From: an uncultured Chloroflexia bacterium
GTDB taxonomy: Bacteria; Chloroflexota; Anaerolineae; Anaerolineales; Anaerolineaceae
Assembly (NCBI GenBank): GCA_963704755.1
Contig: OY969938.1
Coordinates: 2,700,001-2,732,000, forward strand
Reading direction: 5' to 3'
Length of the DNA: 32,000 bases
Shown: positions 8,327 to 15,640 of the stretch, piece by piece
Layout: every line of letters begins with the position of its first letter
How positions within the stretch are numbered: position 1 is the stretch's first letter
Notes under the pieces: generated by a model
The model's input: only the letters and a program-made list of their open reading frames with translations
Database searches by the model: none
Told to the model about the DNA's origin: nothing
Position numbers and translations under genes: made by a program

Positions 8327-8945
8327 TAGCATAGCTCGGGTTTCCAACCCGAGAGCGCGCTGCCCAACCAGAATGCCTGGGTATCGGGTGATCGGGCCGG
8401 TCTCCAGACCGAGCCCGCTCTTCAGCGCCGGGCTACCCCAAGCGTTTAGGGAACGTAGCTCGGGTTTCCAACCCGAGAGCGCGTTGCCCAACCAGAACGC
8501 CTGGGTATCGGGTGATCGGGCCGGTCTCCAGACCGAGCCCGCTCTTCAGCGCCGGGCTACCCAAAGCGTTTAGGCAGCGTAGCTCGGGTTTCCAACCCGA
8601 GAGAGCGCTGCTCAATCAGAACGCCTGGGTATCGGGTGATCGGGCCGGTCTCCAGACCGAGCCCGCTCTTCAGTGCCGGGCTACCCAAAGTAGCATAGCT
8701 CGGGTTTCCAACCCGAGAGCGCGCCCGCCCAAGCGGATCCCGGCTTTGAAAGCCGGGCTACGGCTATCAGATTCCTTCCGGCCCTAAACGCCTGGATAGC
8801 GTAGCTCGGGTTTCCAACCCGAGAAAGCACTGCTCAACTAGAACGCCTGGGTATCGGGTGATCGGGCCGGTCTCCAGACCGAGCCCGCTCTTCAGCGCCG
8901 GGCTACCCAAAGTAGCATAGCTCGGGTTTCCAACCCGAGAAAGCG
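8327..8945. repeat. Tandem array of six units (116-124 nt, last one truncated) of a hairpin-rich non-coding repeat
   Basis: The unit phase marker CTCGGGTTTCCAACCCGAG starts at 8335, 8459, 8583, 8699, 8805 and 8921. Units 1-2 are 124 nt. Units 3 and 5 are 116 nt; their unit-end junction reads AAAGTAGCATAG, 8 nt shorter than the AAAGCGTTTAGGCAGCGTAG junction of units 1-2. Unit 4 (106 nt) has its core replaced by a CCCGGCTTTGAAAGCCGGG hairpin. Unit 6 is only the first ~25 nt. The whole period is conserved, so there are no unique spacers. Confidence 0.9.
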
Positions 8946-9042
8946 CCGGCCAGGAGATCTGTGTGCTTCCGGAGGTACTGTGCTTTATGAAAATCGGAAA
9001 AATGATGCCGTTACTTACCATCAAAGACCTGCCCTGGTAATG

Positions 9043-9229
9043 CAAAGAATCCCCCCCTGCGGAGGCTGTGAAGAACTTTCAGGCCCATCTTCGTTGCCAT
9101 GGGACCACGGATTCCCAAGAATCCGTCGCGTATCCGGATTTCTTCACAGCCTCCAAGGGGGGAATAGCGCGCCCTTTCTTGCCCCCTTCCTAAGGGGGTT
9201 GGGGGATTCTTTGAATTGGCCTGGAGACC
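9043..9229. repeat. Composite structured repeat (nested inverted repeats, GGGGGATTCTTTG termini)
   Basis: CAAAGAATCCCCC (9043-9055) is the reverse complement of GGGGGATTCTTTG (9201-9213). Inside are a 15-bp stem GGAGGCTGTGAAGAA (9061-9075) / TTCTTCACAGCCTCC (9140-9154) flanked by C7/G6 tracts, an inner 8-bp hairpin ACGGATTC-CCAA-GAATCCGT (9107-9126), and a terminal hairpin CCCCCTT-CCT-AAGGGGG (9182-9198). ORFs 8980..9333+, 9011..9262- and 9144..9359- here are not credible. Confidence 0.75.
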
Positions 9230-9355
9230 AGCCAAGTGGATTACGCATTTTATATTTATCAACTGCCATCGGCTTGGCCGGCAACCCGGTTTCCATCGCA
9301 GATACGCTTAGCCAGGTGTATTCCCGGCTTTGAAAGCCGGGCTCCATAGCCGCCT

Positions 9356-9802
9356 TCACCCATTAAGCGGGCATTGCAAAATATCGTACCCCAGGTCATC
9401 CAGACAGCGCACCACCCGGAAACCGGAGCGCTCGTACAGCCAGCGCGCCTTCAAGTTGGACTCGTGTACGCCCAGCTCGATCGCGACCATCGAACCGGCA
9501 TATTTGCGCTGCAGCATCCGCAGCACCTCGCTGCCGATCCCCTGGCCCTGGTATTCGCGGGCGATCACAATGCCGTGCAGGTGCAGGATCCGGTTGCGCC
9601 CTTCGATCCAATAGTATCCCGCCAGGGCCTCGTCCATGAAAATGCAGAACACCTGGCCGGTTTTTCGGGCTAACTGGCAAAACTGCTCCCAGTTCATTTC
9701 CATCAACGTCAGGGTGCGCTCGATATAATCAGCCAATTCGCTGTGCATCAGGTCAAGAAAATCGCCGACCTGATCGTCATTTGCCATTTGATAGCTAAGC
9801 AT
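9356..9802 (-). CDS. GNAT-family N-acetyltransferase
   Basis: 148 aa. Acetyl-CoA-binding motif region IAREYQGQGIGSEVLRML and C-terminal motif ARWLYERSGFRVV, typical of the GNAT fold. Substrate cannot be inferred. Confidence 0.85.
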   Translation of the reverse strand: MLSYQMANDDQVGDFLDLMHSELADYIERTLTLMEMNWEQFCQLARKTGQVFCIFMDEALAGYYWIEGRNRILHLHGIVIAREYQGQGIGSEVLRMLQRKYAGSMVAIELGVHESNLKARWLYERSGFRVVRCLDDLGYDILQCPLNG

Positions 9803-10010
9803 GGTTTAGATTTCCCCAAAATACCGGCCGGTATGCTTATAGCCTTTAGGTACGACTTGGGCCTGGACCCAACGGGCTCAAATTGATAAGCGTGGCTGCT
9901 TTGGAAAAAGGCTAGAACCTTGCGATGAAATCTTCCTGGAACATGGGTTTGTTTGCTATGACTAAATCCTGGTTTTTCGTAACTACTCAAGCTAATGTTA
10001 ACGAGTCTCC

Positions 10011-10065
10011 GAATTTGAGGTGTTTGCAGAGGCTTTGCCCCCGCAAACACCTCAAATTCTTTTTT
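10011..10065 (+). terminator. Canonical intrinsic-terminator-like hairpin oriented on the + strand (no annotated + strand gene upstream)
   Basis: Perfect 17-bp stem GAATTTGAGGTGTTTGC (10011-10027) / GCAAACACCTCAAATTC (10043-10059) with a 15-nt loop, followed by TTTTTT (10060-10065). On the - strand the hairpin is preceded by the A-run and has no U-tract. Confidence 0.6.
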
Positions 10066-10139
10066 ACCCGATAGATTAAGAAGTTACATTTTTCATTGTA
10101 ATGTATACGATCAGCGCTTGCAAAGATTGTCCTTGATCC

Positions 10140-11051
10140 TTAGTCAAAATCACTGTTGAGGTGCAGGGCCAGAGTCTGCCGGGCGCGCTCGATGATTTCC
10201 GGCATGCAGCGCGGCAGCGCTGCGGCCGGGCCAGCCCCGGAAAGCCGTTGCGGCGCCGAGAAGGACACGCGCGGCTTCATCAGCAGCAGCCGCGGGAAGA
10301 CCAGTTGGTAAACCACCTGCAGCAGCTCGGCCATGCGCTGGCGCTCCCAGTCCAGCCGGGGCAGGTTGCTGATGGGCAGCTTGCGGAAGGCCGGCGATAG
10401 GATATGGCTGACGATCGAGATGACCAGTTGCGTTTCCGGCACTTTGCGCAGCATCACCTCCACGCTGGGCGACCAGCGCTCCACAGCCTGCTCCATGTGC
10501 GGCAGGAAAGAGGGGTCCGGTTCGACCCGCCCGCCCGGGAAGATCAGCAAAGCGCCGCCTTCGGCCAGGTGGCGCACACACGAGCGGATCACGTTCATGC
10601 GGGTGGTCGTTTCGAGGGTGGAAAAGATGAAGTGCTGGTTGGCCGTGGACAGGCTGCGCAGCAAGGGGATGCCCGAGGCCACGATGCGGATGTCGTCCCG
10701 CGGGAGCTGGCTGGCGATCACCACCGCGTCGTAGGCGCCCGGGTGATTGGCGATGATCAGCAGCGGCCCCTGGCTGGGAATATTGCCGCTCCCGTTGGTT
10801 TTGACCTGGGAAACAAACTGCTCCAGCAGGGTATTACTGGCCGAAACAAACCCCGCGCCAGCCACCTGGCTGTCGAAATTGGCGGCGATGCGGGCAAAGC
10901 GGTCCACCGGCAGCCAGCACAACCAGCGCACCCATCCCCACAGCGGCGAGTCAGGGGGCAGCCCGGCGATTTTGTAGATCTCGCGGATAATGCACTCGCG
11001 CAGGTAATTGCGAGTCGGCAGGGGTGGGGTGTTCAGAGTAGTTTCGTTCAT
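10140..11051 (-). CDS. Lysophospholipid/1-acyl-glycerol-3-phosphate acyltransferase family protein (PlsC-like)
   Basis: 303 aa. HX4D acyltransferase motif in LLIIANHPGAYDAVV and block III-like LLIFPGGRVEPD. It has a ~90-aa N-terminal extension of unknown function. Confidence 0.75.
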   Translation of the reverse strand: MNETTLNTPPLPTRNYLRECIIREIYKIAGLPPDSPLWGWVRWLCWLPVDRFARIAANFDSQVAGAGFVSASNTLLEQFVSQVKTNGSGNIPSQGPLLIIANHPGAYDAVVIASQLPRDDIRIVASGIPLLRSLSTANQHFIFSTLETTTRMNVIRSCVRHLAEGGALLIFPGGRVEPDPSFLPHMEQAVERWSPSVEVMLRKVPETQLVISIVSHILSPAFRKLPISNLPRLDWERQRMAELLQVVYQLVFPRLLLMKPRVSFSAPQRLSGAGPAAALPRCMPEIIERARQTLALHLNSDFD

Positions 11052-11204
11052 GGCTGCTGACGCTCATTGCCGGCCGGATTAATCTTTGTCCGGCCCGAGT
11101 AAAGAGAACAATTTCTTAAACTTAAGAGTCTAGCAGCCGTTGTGTAAGAATATTTTAAGGGAAGGTAAAAGGTGAGTTAAAGGAAGGGCGAAGCCCGATT
11201 TGCC

Positions 11205-11254
11205 GGTCTCCAGGCCAATTCAAGAATCCCCAACCCCCTTAGATAAGGGGGCAA
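11205..11254. repeat. Inverted copy of the 9178-9229 repeat (C-tract hairpin + GGGGATTCTTGAATTGGCCTGGAGACC)
   Basis: GGTCTCCAGGCCAATTCAAGAATCCCCAACCCCCTTAGATAAGGGGGCAAA matches the reverse complement of 9178-9229, differing by two 1-nt indels and the hairpin loop. Confidence 0.85.
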
Positions 11255-11301
11255 AAAACGGCGATTGGCGTATCCTTCCGGAATCAGGCGCTCACGCCAA
11301 T
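11253..11301 (-). terminator. Probable intrinsic terminator of the S8 protease gene
   Basis: On the - strand: ATTGGCGT (11301-11294), 22-nt loop, ACGCCAAT (11271-11264), then CGCCG and TTTTTT (11258-11253). It lies about 20 nt downstream of the protease stop. Confidence 0.55.
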
Positions 11302-11321
11302 GCAGGGGACATAGACCTGTT

Positions 11322-12875
11322 CTAGTGGATGACCAGGGGCAGGTAGATAAAGCTGGCGTCTCCGCAGTAGATGAGCGCCGAGTTCACGGCCGACAGGGCG
11401 TTGATCTCACCCCAGCCGGTGGCGTAGTTGGGCGAAGAGTTAGCCGGGTGGACGCCGTCGGAGTAACTCACCCGCGTGGCCGTGTATTCGATGATCGTTT
11501 CGGTGTTGGCGTAATTGCCTTTCAGGCAGGGGGCAGCGCTCCACATCAGCGCCACCAGGCCGGCCACGTGCGGCGCAGCCATGGACGTGCCGCTCATACT
11601 GGCATAGGTACTATCGCTGGTATCATATGAAGAAAGGATATAAGTTCCCGGGGCAATGACTTGCGGTTTCAGGTCGGCGTAGCCGCTGTGCGGGTTGACC
11701 GTATCCAGGTTGTCGGTGGGGCCCCAGTTCGAAAAGGTAGCGTATTGCCCATCGGATTGGCCGGATGCGCCTACCCCGGTGACGTTGCCATAGCGGGCCG
11801 GGTTACCGACCGTGTTCAGGCCCGGCGGGCTGGAATAGCTGCAATTGCTGGAATTTCCATTGGAGAAAACCGGGTAAATGCCCGCCGCTATCCAGGCGTT
11901 CACTGCCCCCTGGTACCAGCTATCATAACTTGTTGAGCAATCTCCCCAGGAATTGTTGACCACGTTGGGCCGCTGGCTGGGATCGGGATTGTTGCCGGAC
12001 AGGTCGGTAGGCGCGACCATAAACTGGCCGCAAGCCAGTAAAGCCAAATCGGTACATGTATTGGTTGTACAGGCCCGGCAGGCGATCCATTTTGCCCCAA
12101 TCGCCATGCCGATCTGGCTGCTGCCGTTGTTCCCCACCATGATCCCCATGGTGTGAGTTCCATGGCCGTTGGTATCGGTAGGGGAGAGGGTGCCATCTGT
12201 GGTGGGGTCGTACCAGTTGTAATTATTGTTGTAGCTGCCGCTGCCCAGGTTGCCGCGGTACTGGTTGACCAGCGCCTGGTGGGTATAGCGCACCCCGGTG
12301 TCGATGCTTGCCACGACCATGCCCTGCCCGGTATAACCCATCCCCCAGACCGTTGGAGCCTGCACGTGCGATATGTTCGGCTGCGCATTAGCGTTGATCT
12401 CATTTTCTGGCGCGCCGGTTGTACCGGTGTCGGAAATCGTCAAGATTTGCGTACTGCGAATTTCGGTGATCTCCCGGAAGCCGGTCAACTGGTTCAGGGT
12501 GGCCAGATCGCTGTTTTTGACCAGGATGGAATTGTTGATCCAGAACGATTCGTACTGGATTCCGGCCGTATCCAGATAAGATTTGACGTTGGCCTGGCTC
12601 TGGTCGGCCAGATCGGCTAACGTCTGGTACACGTACCAGCCGCGCTCGGACCAATCCATCCCGCCGGCTGCGCTCAAATCGGCCTTACTGCCAAAATCCA
12701 GCCAGTAATCGGCCGTGCCGTTGTCCTGCAGTTCGCTCATCACCCGCGGTTCAACCCGCGGCCCGGTGCCGCTTTGTGGAAGGTTGGCCGCCAGAGAATG
12801 ATTGGTCGTTAGGGCAATACCCACGAACAGGCATAGCCCGACCCCAAAACCGATAAGTTTTTTTGTTGTATCCAT
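11322..12875 (-). CDS. Secreted subtilisin-like serine protease (peptidase S8) with N-terminal propeptide
   Basis: Signal-peptide-like N-terminus (MDTTKKLIGFGVGLCLFVGIALTTNHSLAA) and an I9-type propeptide-like region. Catalytic triad motifs VASIDTGV (Asp), HGTHTMG (His) and GTSMAAPHVAG (Ser). Confidence 0.92.
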   Translation of the reverse strand: MDTTKKLIGFGVGLCLFVGIALTTNHSLAANLPQSGTGPRVEPRVMSELQDNGTADYWLDFGSKADLSAAGGMDWSERGWYVYQTLADLADQSQANVKSYLDTAGIQYESFWINNSILVKNSDLATLNQLTGFREITEIRSTQILTISDTGTTGAPENEINANAQPNISHVQAPTVWGMGYTGQGMVVASIDTGVRYTHQALVNQYRGNLGSGSYNNNYNWYDPTTDGTLSPTDTNGHGTHTMGIMVGNNGSSQIGMAIGAKWIACRACTTNTCTDLALLACGQFMVAPTDLSGNNPDPSQRPNVVNNSWGDCSTSYDSWYQGAVNAWIAAGIYPVFSNGNSSNCSYSSPPGLNTVGNPARYGNVTGVGASGQSDGQYATFSNWGPTDNLDTVNPHSGYADLKPQVIAPGTYILSSYDTSDSTYASMSGTSMAAPHVAGLVALMWSAAPCLKGNYANTETIIEYTATRVSYSDGVHPANSSPNYATGWGEINALSAVNSALIYCGDASFIYLPLVIH

Positions 12876-13223
12876 GTTTGCCAGTACGTCTTGCGCAATG
12901 AACCGGCTCGATCTTTTTACCCGGTTGAACCATTAAAAAGGAATGTTTATTACTATACCAGCTTTAGCCTAAAAGAATATGAAAAGGAGAAAAACATACT
13001 TTACAAAAATGTCAATGAAGGGTCCTGGCGGTCGTTGAAAAAGTCACTTGTTGACAAAATATTGGGGGATACGTGGTGGCGCAGCTTCGCCGCGCCACTA
13101 CATATCCCCCATATTTCTTTAAGTGAAATCGTTTTTCAATACCCTCGATCCTTGCCTGGCTTCGCAAGGACTCCTCATTGGATTGTGTGGATTGTGTTTG
13201 CCCGTTGGGTGCAAAAATAACGG

Positions 13224-14461
13224 TCAGACGGCTGCCAGGGCTTGATCCATGTCGGCCAGGATGTCTTCGACATTTTCGATACCCACCGAAAGGCGTACCA
13301 GGCCATCGCTGAGCCCCACTTTGAGGCGCTCTTCACGGGCCACGTTTGAGTGGGTCATGCTGGCCGGGTGGCAGATCAGCGTGTCGGTGTTGCCCAGCGA
13401 GACCACCAGGGTCATCACCCGCACGGCGTTCATCAGCGCAATGCCGGCCTGCATTCCGCCGCGCACCTCGAACGACATCATCCCGCTGAACCCGTGCATC
13501 TGCCGGCAGGCCAGTTCATAATCGGGGTGCGATTCCAGGCCGGGGTAAAATACGCGTTCGACCTTGGGGTGCTTTTCCAGGAACCGGGCCACCTGCAGGG
13601 CGTTTTCACAATGACGCTGCATGCGAAGTTCAAAGGTTTTCATCCCCAGGCTGGCCAGCCAGCAGTCGAACGGCGCAGCCGAGGCGCCATACGTGGCCAG
13701 GGCTGCACTCAGCGGACCCTTGACCCAATCCACGTGCCGGCTGACCACCGCGCCGCCTACGATCACCCCGTGCCCGGACAGGTACTTGGTGGTGGAGTGC
13801 ATGACCACGTCGGCCCCCAGGCTAAGCGGGCGCTGGGTATAAGGAGAAGCAAAGGTGTTGTCTACGTACAGCCAGGCGCCATGGCGGTGTGCAATCTCGG
13901 CCACGGCCTGCAAATCCACCAGGTACATCATCGGGTTAGCCGGCGTCTCGGCATAAGCCAGCACAGCCGAAGGGTTTTCGGCAAACGCCTTTTCCCATTC
14001 TGCCGGGCCAAGGTCATGCAGCCAGACCGTATGGATCCCGTAGCGGGGTGCGTATTCTTTTAGGAATTTGAAGGTCGCCCCGTAAATGGCCTCTTGCGCG
14101 ATAACCGTGTCACCCTGCTTGAGAGTAGCCAGCAGGGCCGAGGTGATGGCGCCCATGCCGGTCGAAAAACTCGCCCGGCCACGATCTCATCCGGGGGTGT
14201 TTGCGGTTGGGCGCGCAATAAATCCAGCCCTTCCAGGGCCGCGATTTTGGTGATCAACTGATTCTGGTTGGGATTATTCAAGCGGGTGTAATTGTAGCCG
14301 GGGTCTTCCCCCCGGAAAATCGCTGCGCCGGTGGCCACATCCGGAAAGCTGAATGCGGAGGTCTGAAAAATGGGGACGATGTGAGCGTGCATGGCGTGTT
14401 CGCCTTCGGCCACGTGGTTAACCAGCGTGCCGATACCATATTTGGGGTTGGTCTTACCCAT
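13224..14461 (-). pseudogene. Cys/Met-metabolism PLP-dependent enzyme (methionine gamma-lyase / cystathionine gamma-synthase / O-acylhomoserine sulfhydrylase family); reading frame broken by a 1-nt indel
   Basis: The N-terminal ~95 aa (IVPIFQTSAFSF..., YNYTRLNNPNQNQLITKIAALEG) are in ORF 14060..14461. The rest (ASFSTGMGAITSALL..., HSTTKYLSGHG with the PLP lysine, ...GLVRLSVGIENVEDI) is in ORF 13224..14156, shifted by one base. The frames switch at the CCC run 14174-14176 (GGG on the coding strand). One extra G would give ...DEIVAGASFSTGMGAI... Confidence 0.85.
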
Positions 14462-14613
14462 ATTAAACTCCTGAGTTTGTGGGAATGTCCCAATTATATA
14501 CGCGAAAAGCGCAACTCCTCAGGCCCGCGTGGAAATTCATTTTATACTGGCGGGTTTGAGCCCTTACCGGAAAACAAAAAAACGAGAAAAGCAAATTTAA
14601 AACTCGAAAAGCG

Positions 14614-14665
14614 CATATATGGGGGTTAATGACCCGTTTTAACAGGCCTTTAACCCCCATATATG
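14614..14665. other. Perfect 16-bp inverted repeat in a divergent intergenic region
   Basis: CATATATGGGGGTTAA (14614-14629), 20-nt loop, TTAACCCCCATATATG (14650-14665). It sits in the 461-nt gap between the - strand PLP-enzyme gene and the + strand HIT gene. Confidence 0.7.
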
Positions 14666-14922
14666 ACCGCTGCCGGGGAAGTCACGCATTTTGAGGACAC
14701 CGCTGGTATGATTGTCGGACCTTTGATACAATAAAAGTGACTGTTCAGGCTAGTTTGGGAGGTAGGCGCTTTTGTTCTTTTCAGCCTGCTTTGTACGCAA
14801 AAAACTACGAAAACAGGCTGTCCCTCTGGAGTAGCTGAGTAGTCACCCAAAAAATAAGGATATGCAGCTTGCCAGACGCATGGTGAACTGCCAGTAATTA
14901 CCCGAATACATTCTGGAGCAGA

Positions 14923-15408
14923 ATGGAATATCTCTGGTCACCCTGGCGTATGCGTTACATTACAAACAATGAACCCCCCTCTGGTTGTGTTTTTTGTGAA
15001 GCGGCCCTGCAAGAAGATGGCCCGCAAAACCTGATCGTCGCTCGCGGCGAACAGGCCTATATCATCCTGAACCGCTATCCCTACACCAGCGGTCATGTCA
15101 TGGTCGTCCCGTACGACCATCAGCCCAGCTTCGAGCAGTTAAACGAGAAGACCCGGGCCGAGGTCATGGAACTGCTGAACCGCACCGTACAGGTCCTGCG
15201 CGAGGTATATACCCCGCAAGGATTTAACGTCGGTGCCAATATCGGCGCTGCTGCCGGCGCGGGCATTGCCGACCACGTCCATTTCCACATCGTTCCCCGT
15301 TGGCGCGGCGACACCAACTTCATGTCCAGCCTGGCCAGCACACGGGTGCTGCCCGAATCCCTGGAAGATACCTACCAGCGCATCTACCAGGCCTGGCATA
15401 AAGCCTGA
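14923..15408 (+). CDS. HIT-family nucleotide hydrolase/transferase (Ap4A-phosphorylase-like subgroup)
   Basis: Histidine-triad motif HVHFHIVPRW. The N-terminal LWSPWRMRYI and CVFC motifs are, from memory, typical of the Ap4A phosphorylase-like HIT branch. GGAG lies 4 nt upstream of the ATG. Confidence 0.88.
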   Translation: MEYLWSPWRMRYITNNEPPSGCVFCEAALQEDGPQNLIVARGEQAYIILNRYPYTSGHVMVVPYDHQPSFEQLNEKTRAEVMELLNRTVQVLREVYTPQGFNVGANIGAAAGAGIADHVHFHIVPRWRGDTNFMSSLASTRVLPESLEDTYQRIYQAWHKA

Positions 15409-15640
15409 TCTGACTTAAAGGTCAATCGAAGAGGGAAATCGACCGGCTCCTTTGCCCGGAGGGTTAATTGCGCCTGTTTAGATATATCCAAAAGGAAAAA
15501 AAAGTTATTCTCAGGCTCACCTGGGCTGTCCTCGAATTCAGTTTTTTCTTGCTCACCCCTGAGGAGTGCCAATAAAAATTATATAATCCAAAATGCTATA
15601 ATATTTTCATCCTTATATTTAGAGGGTAGGGCCCAGAAGA

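Noticed and set aside
8335-8360. tRNA-like T-arm (GGGTTTCCAACCC) in each repeat unit
   Set aside because: The loop is TTTCCAA, not the T-loop consensus, and I could not fold an acceptor, D or anticodon arm around it. The only convincing tRNA is at 18644-18716.
8327-8945. CRISPR array interpretation of the regularly spaced repeats
   Set aside because: The entire 116-124-nt period is conserved between units. There are no unique spacer segments between short repeats, and no cas genes are in the window. It is a tandem repeat, not a CRISPR.
7997-9045. ORFs reading through the tandem array on both strands (7997..8491-, 8373..8573+, 8433..8615-, 8512..8787+, 8767..9045-)
   Set aside because: They exist on both strands and in several frames, and they repeat the same peptide with the DNA period. 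They lack SD sequences and are explained by the absence of stop codons in the repeat.
9748-10050. ORF 9748..10050- (100 aa) overlapping the GNAT start and the 10011-10059 hairpin
   Set aside because: It overlaps the 5' end of a well-supported gene and runs through a terminator-like hairpin. No SD and no motif.
12891-13220. ORF 12891..13220+ (109 aa) in the gap between the protease start and the PLP-enzyme stop
   Set aside because: It has no SD and an AT-rich, low-complexity translation. It lies in what should be the protease promoter and PLP-gene terminator region, which contains an imperfect 19-bp hairpin at 13066-13121. No family resemblance.
14462-14620. SAM (S-box) or other methionine riboswitch upstream of the Cys/Met PLP-enzyme gene
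   Set aside because: I read the - strand leader and found none of the conserved S-box core elements. Only a possible promoter-like TATAAT and an AGGAG SD are visible. An Rfam scan would be needed to exclude it.
15453-15464. Possible att-site remnant: TGCCCGGAGGGT resembles the tRNA-Arg 3' end (TGCCCCCGGAGAGGGT on the + strand at 18644-18659). This would define a tRNA-linked island spanning 15.45-18.64 kb.
   Set aside because: The match needs two 2-nt gaps over 16 nt. No integrase is present, and the Fe-S gene inside the putative island has core-like high G+C. The evidence is too weak to call.
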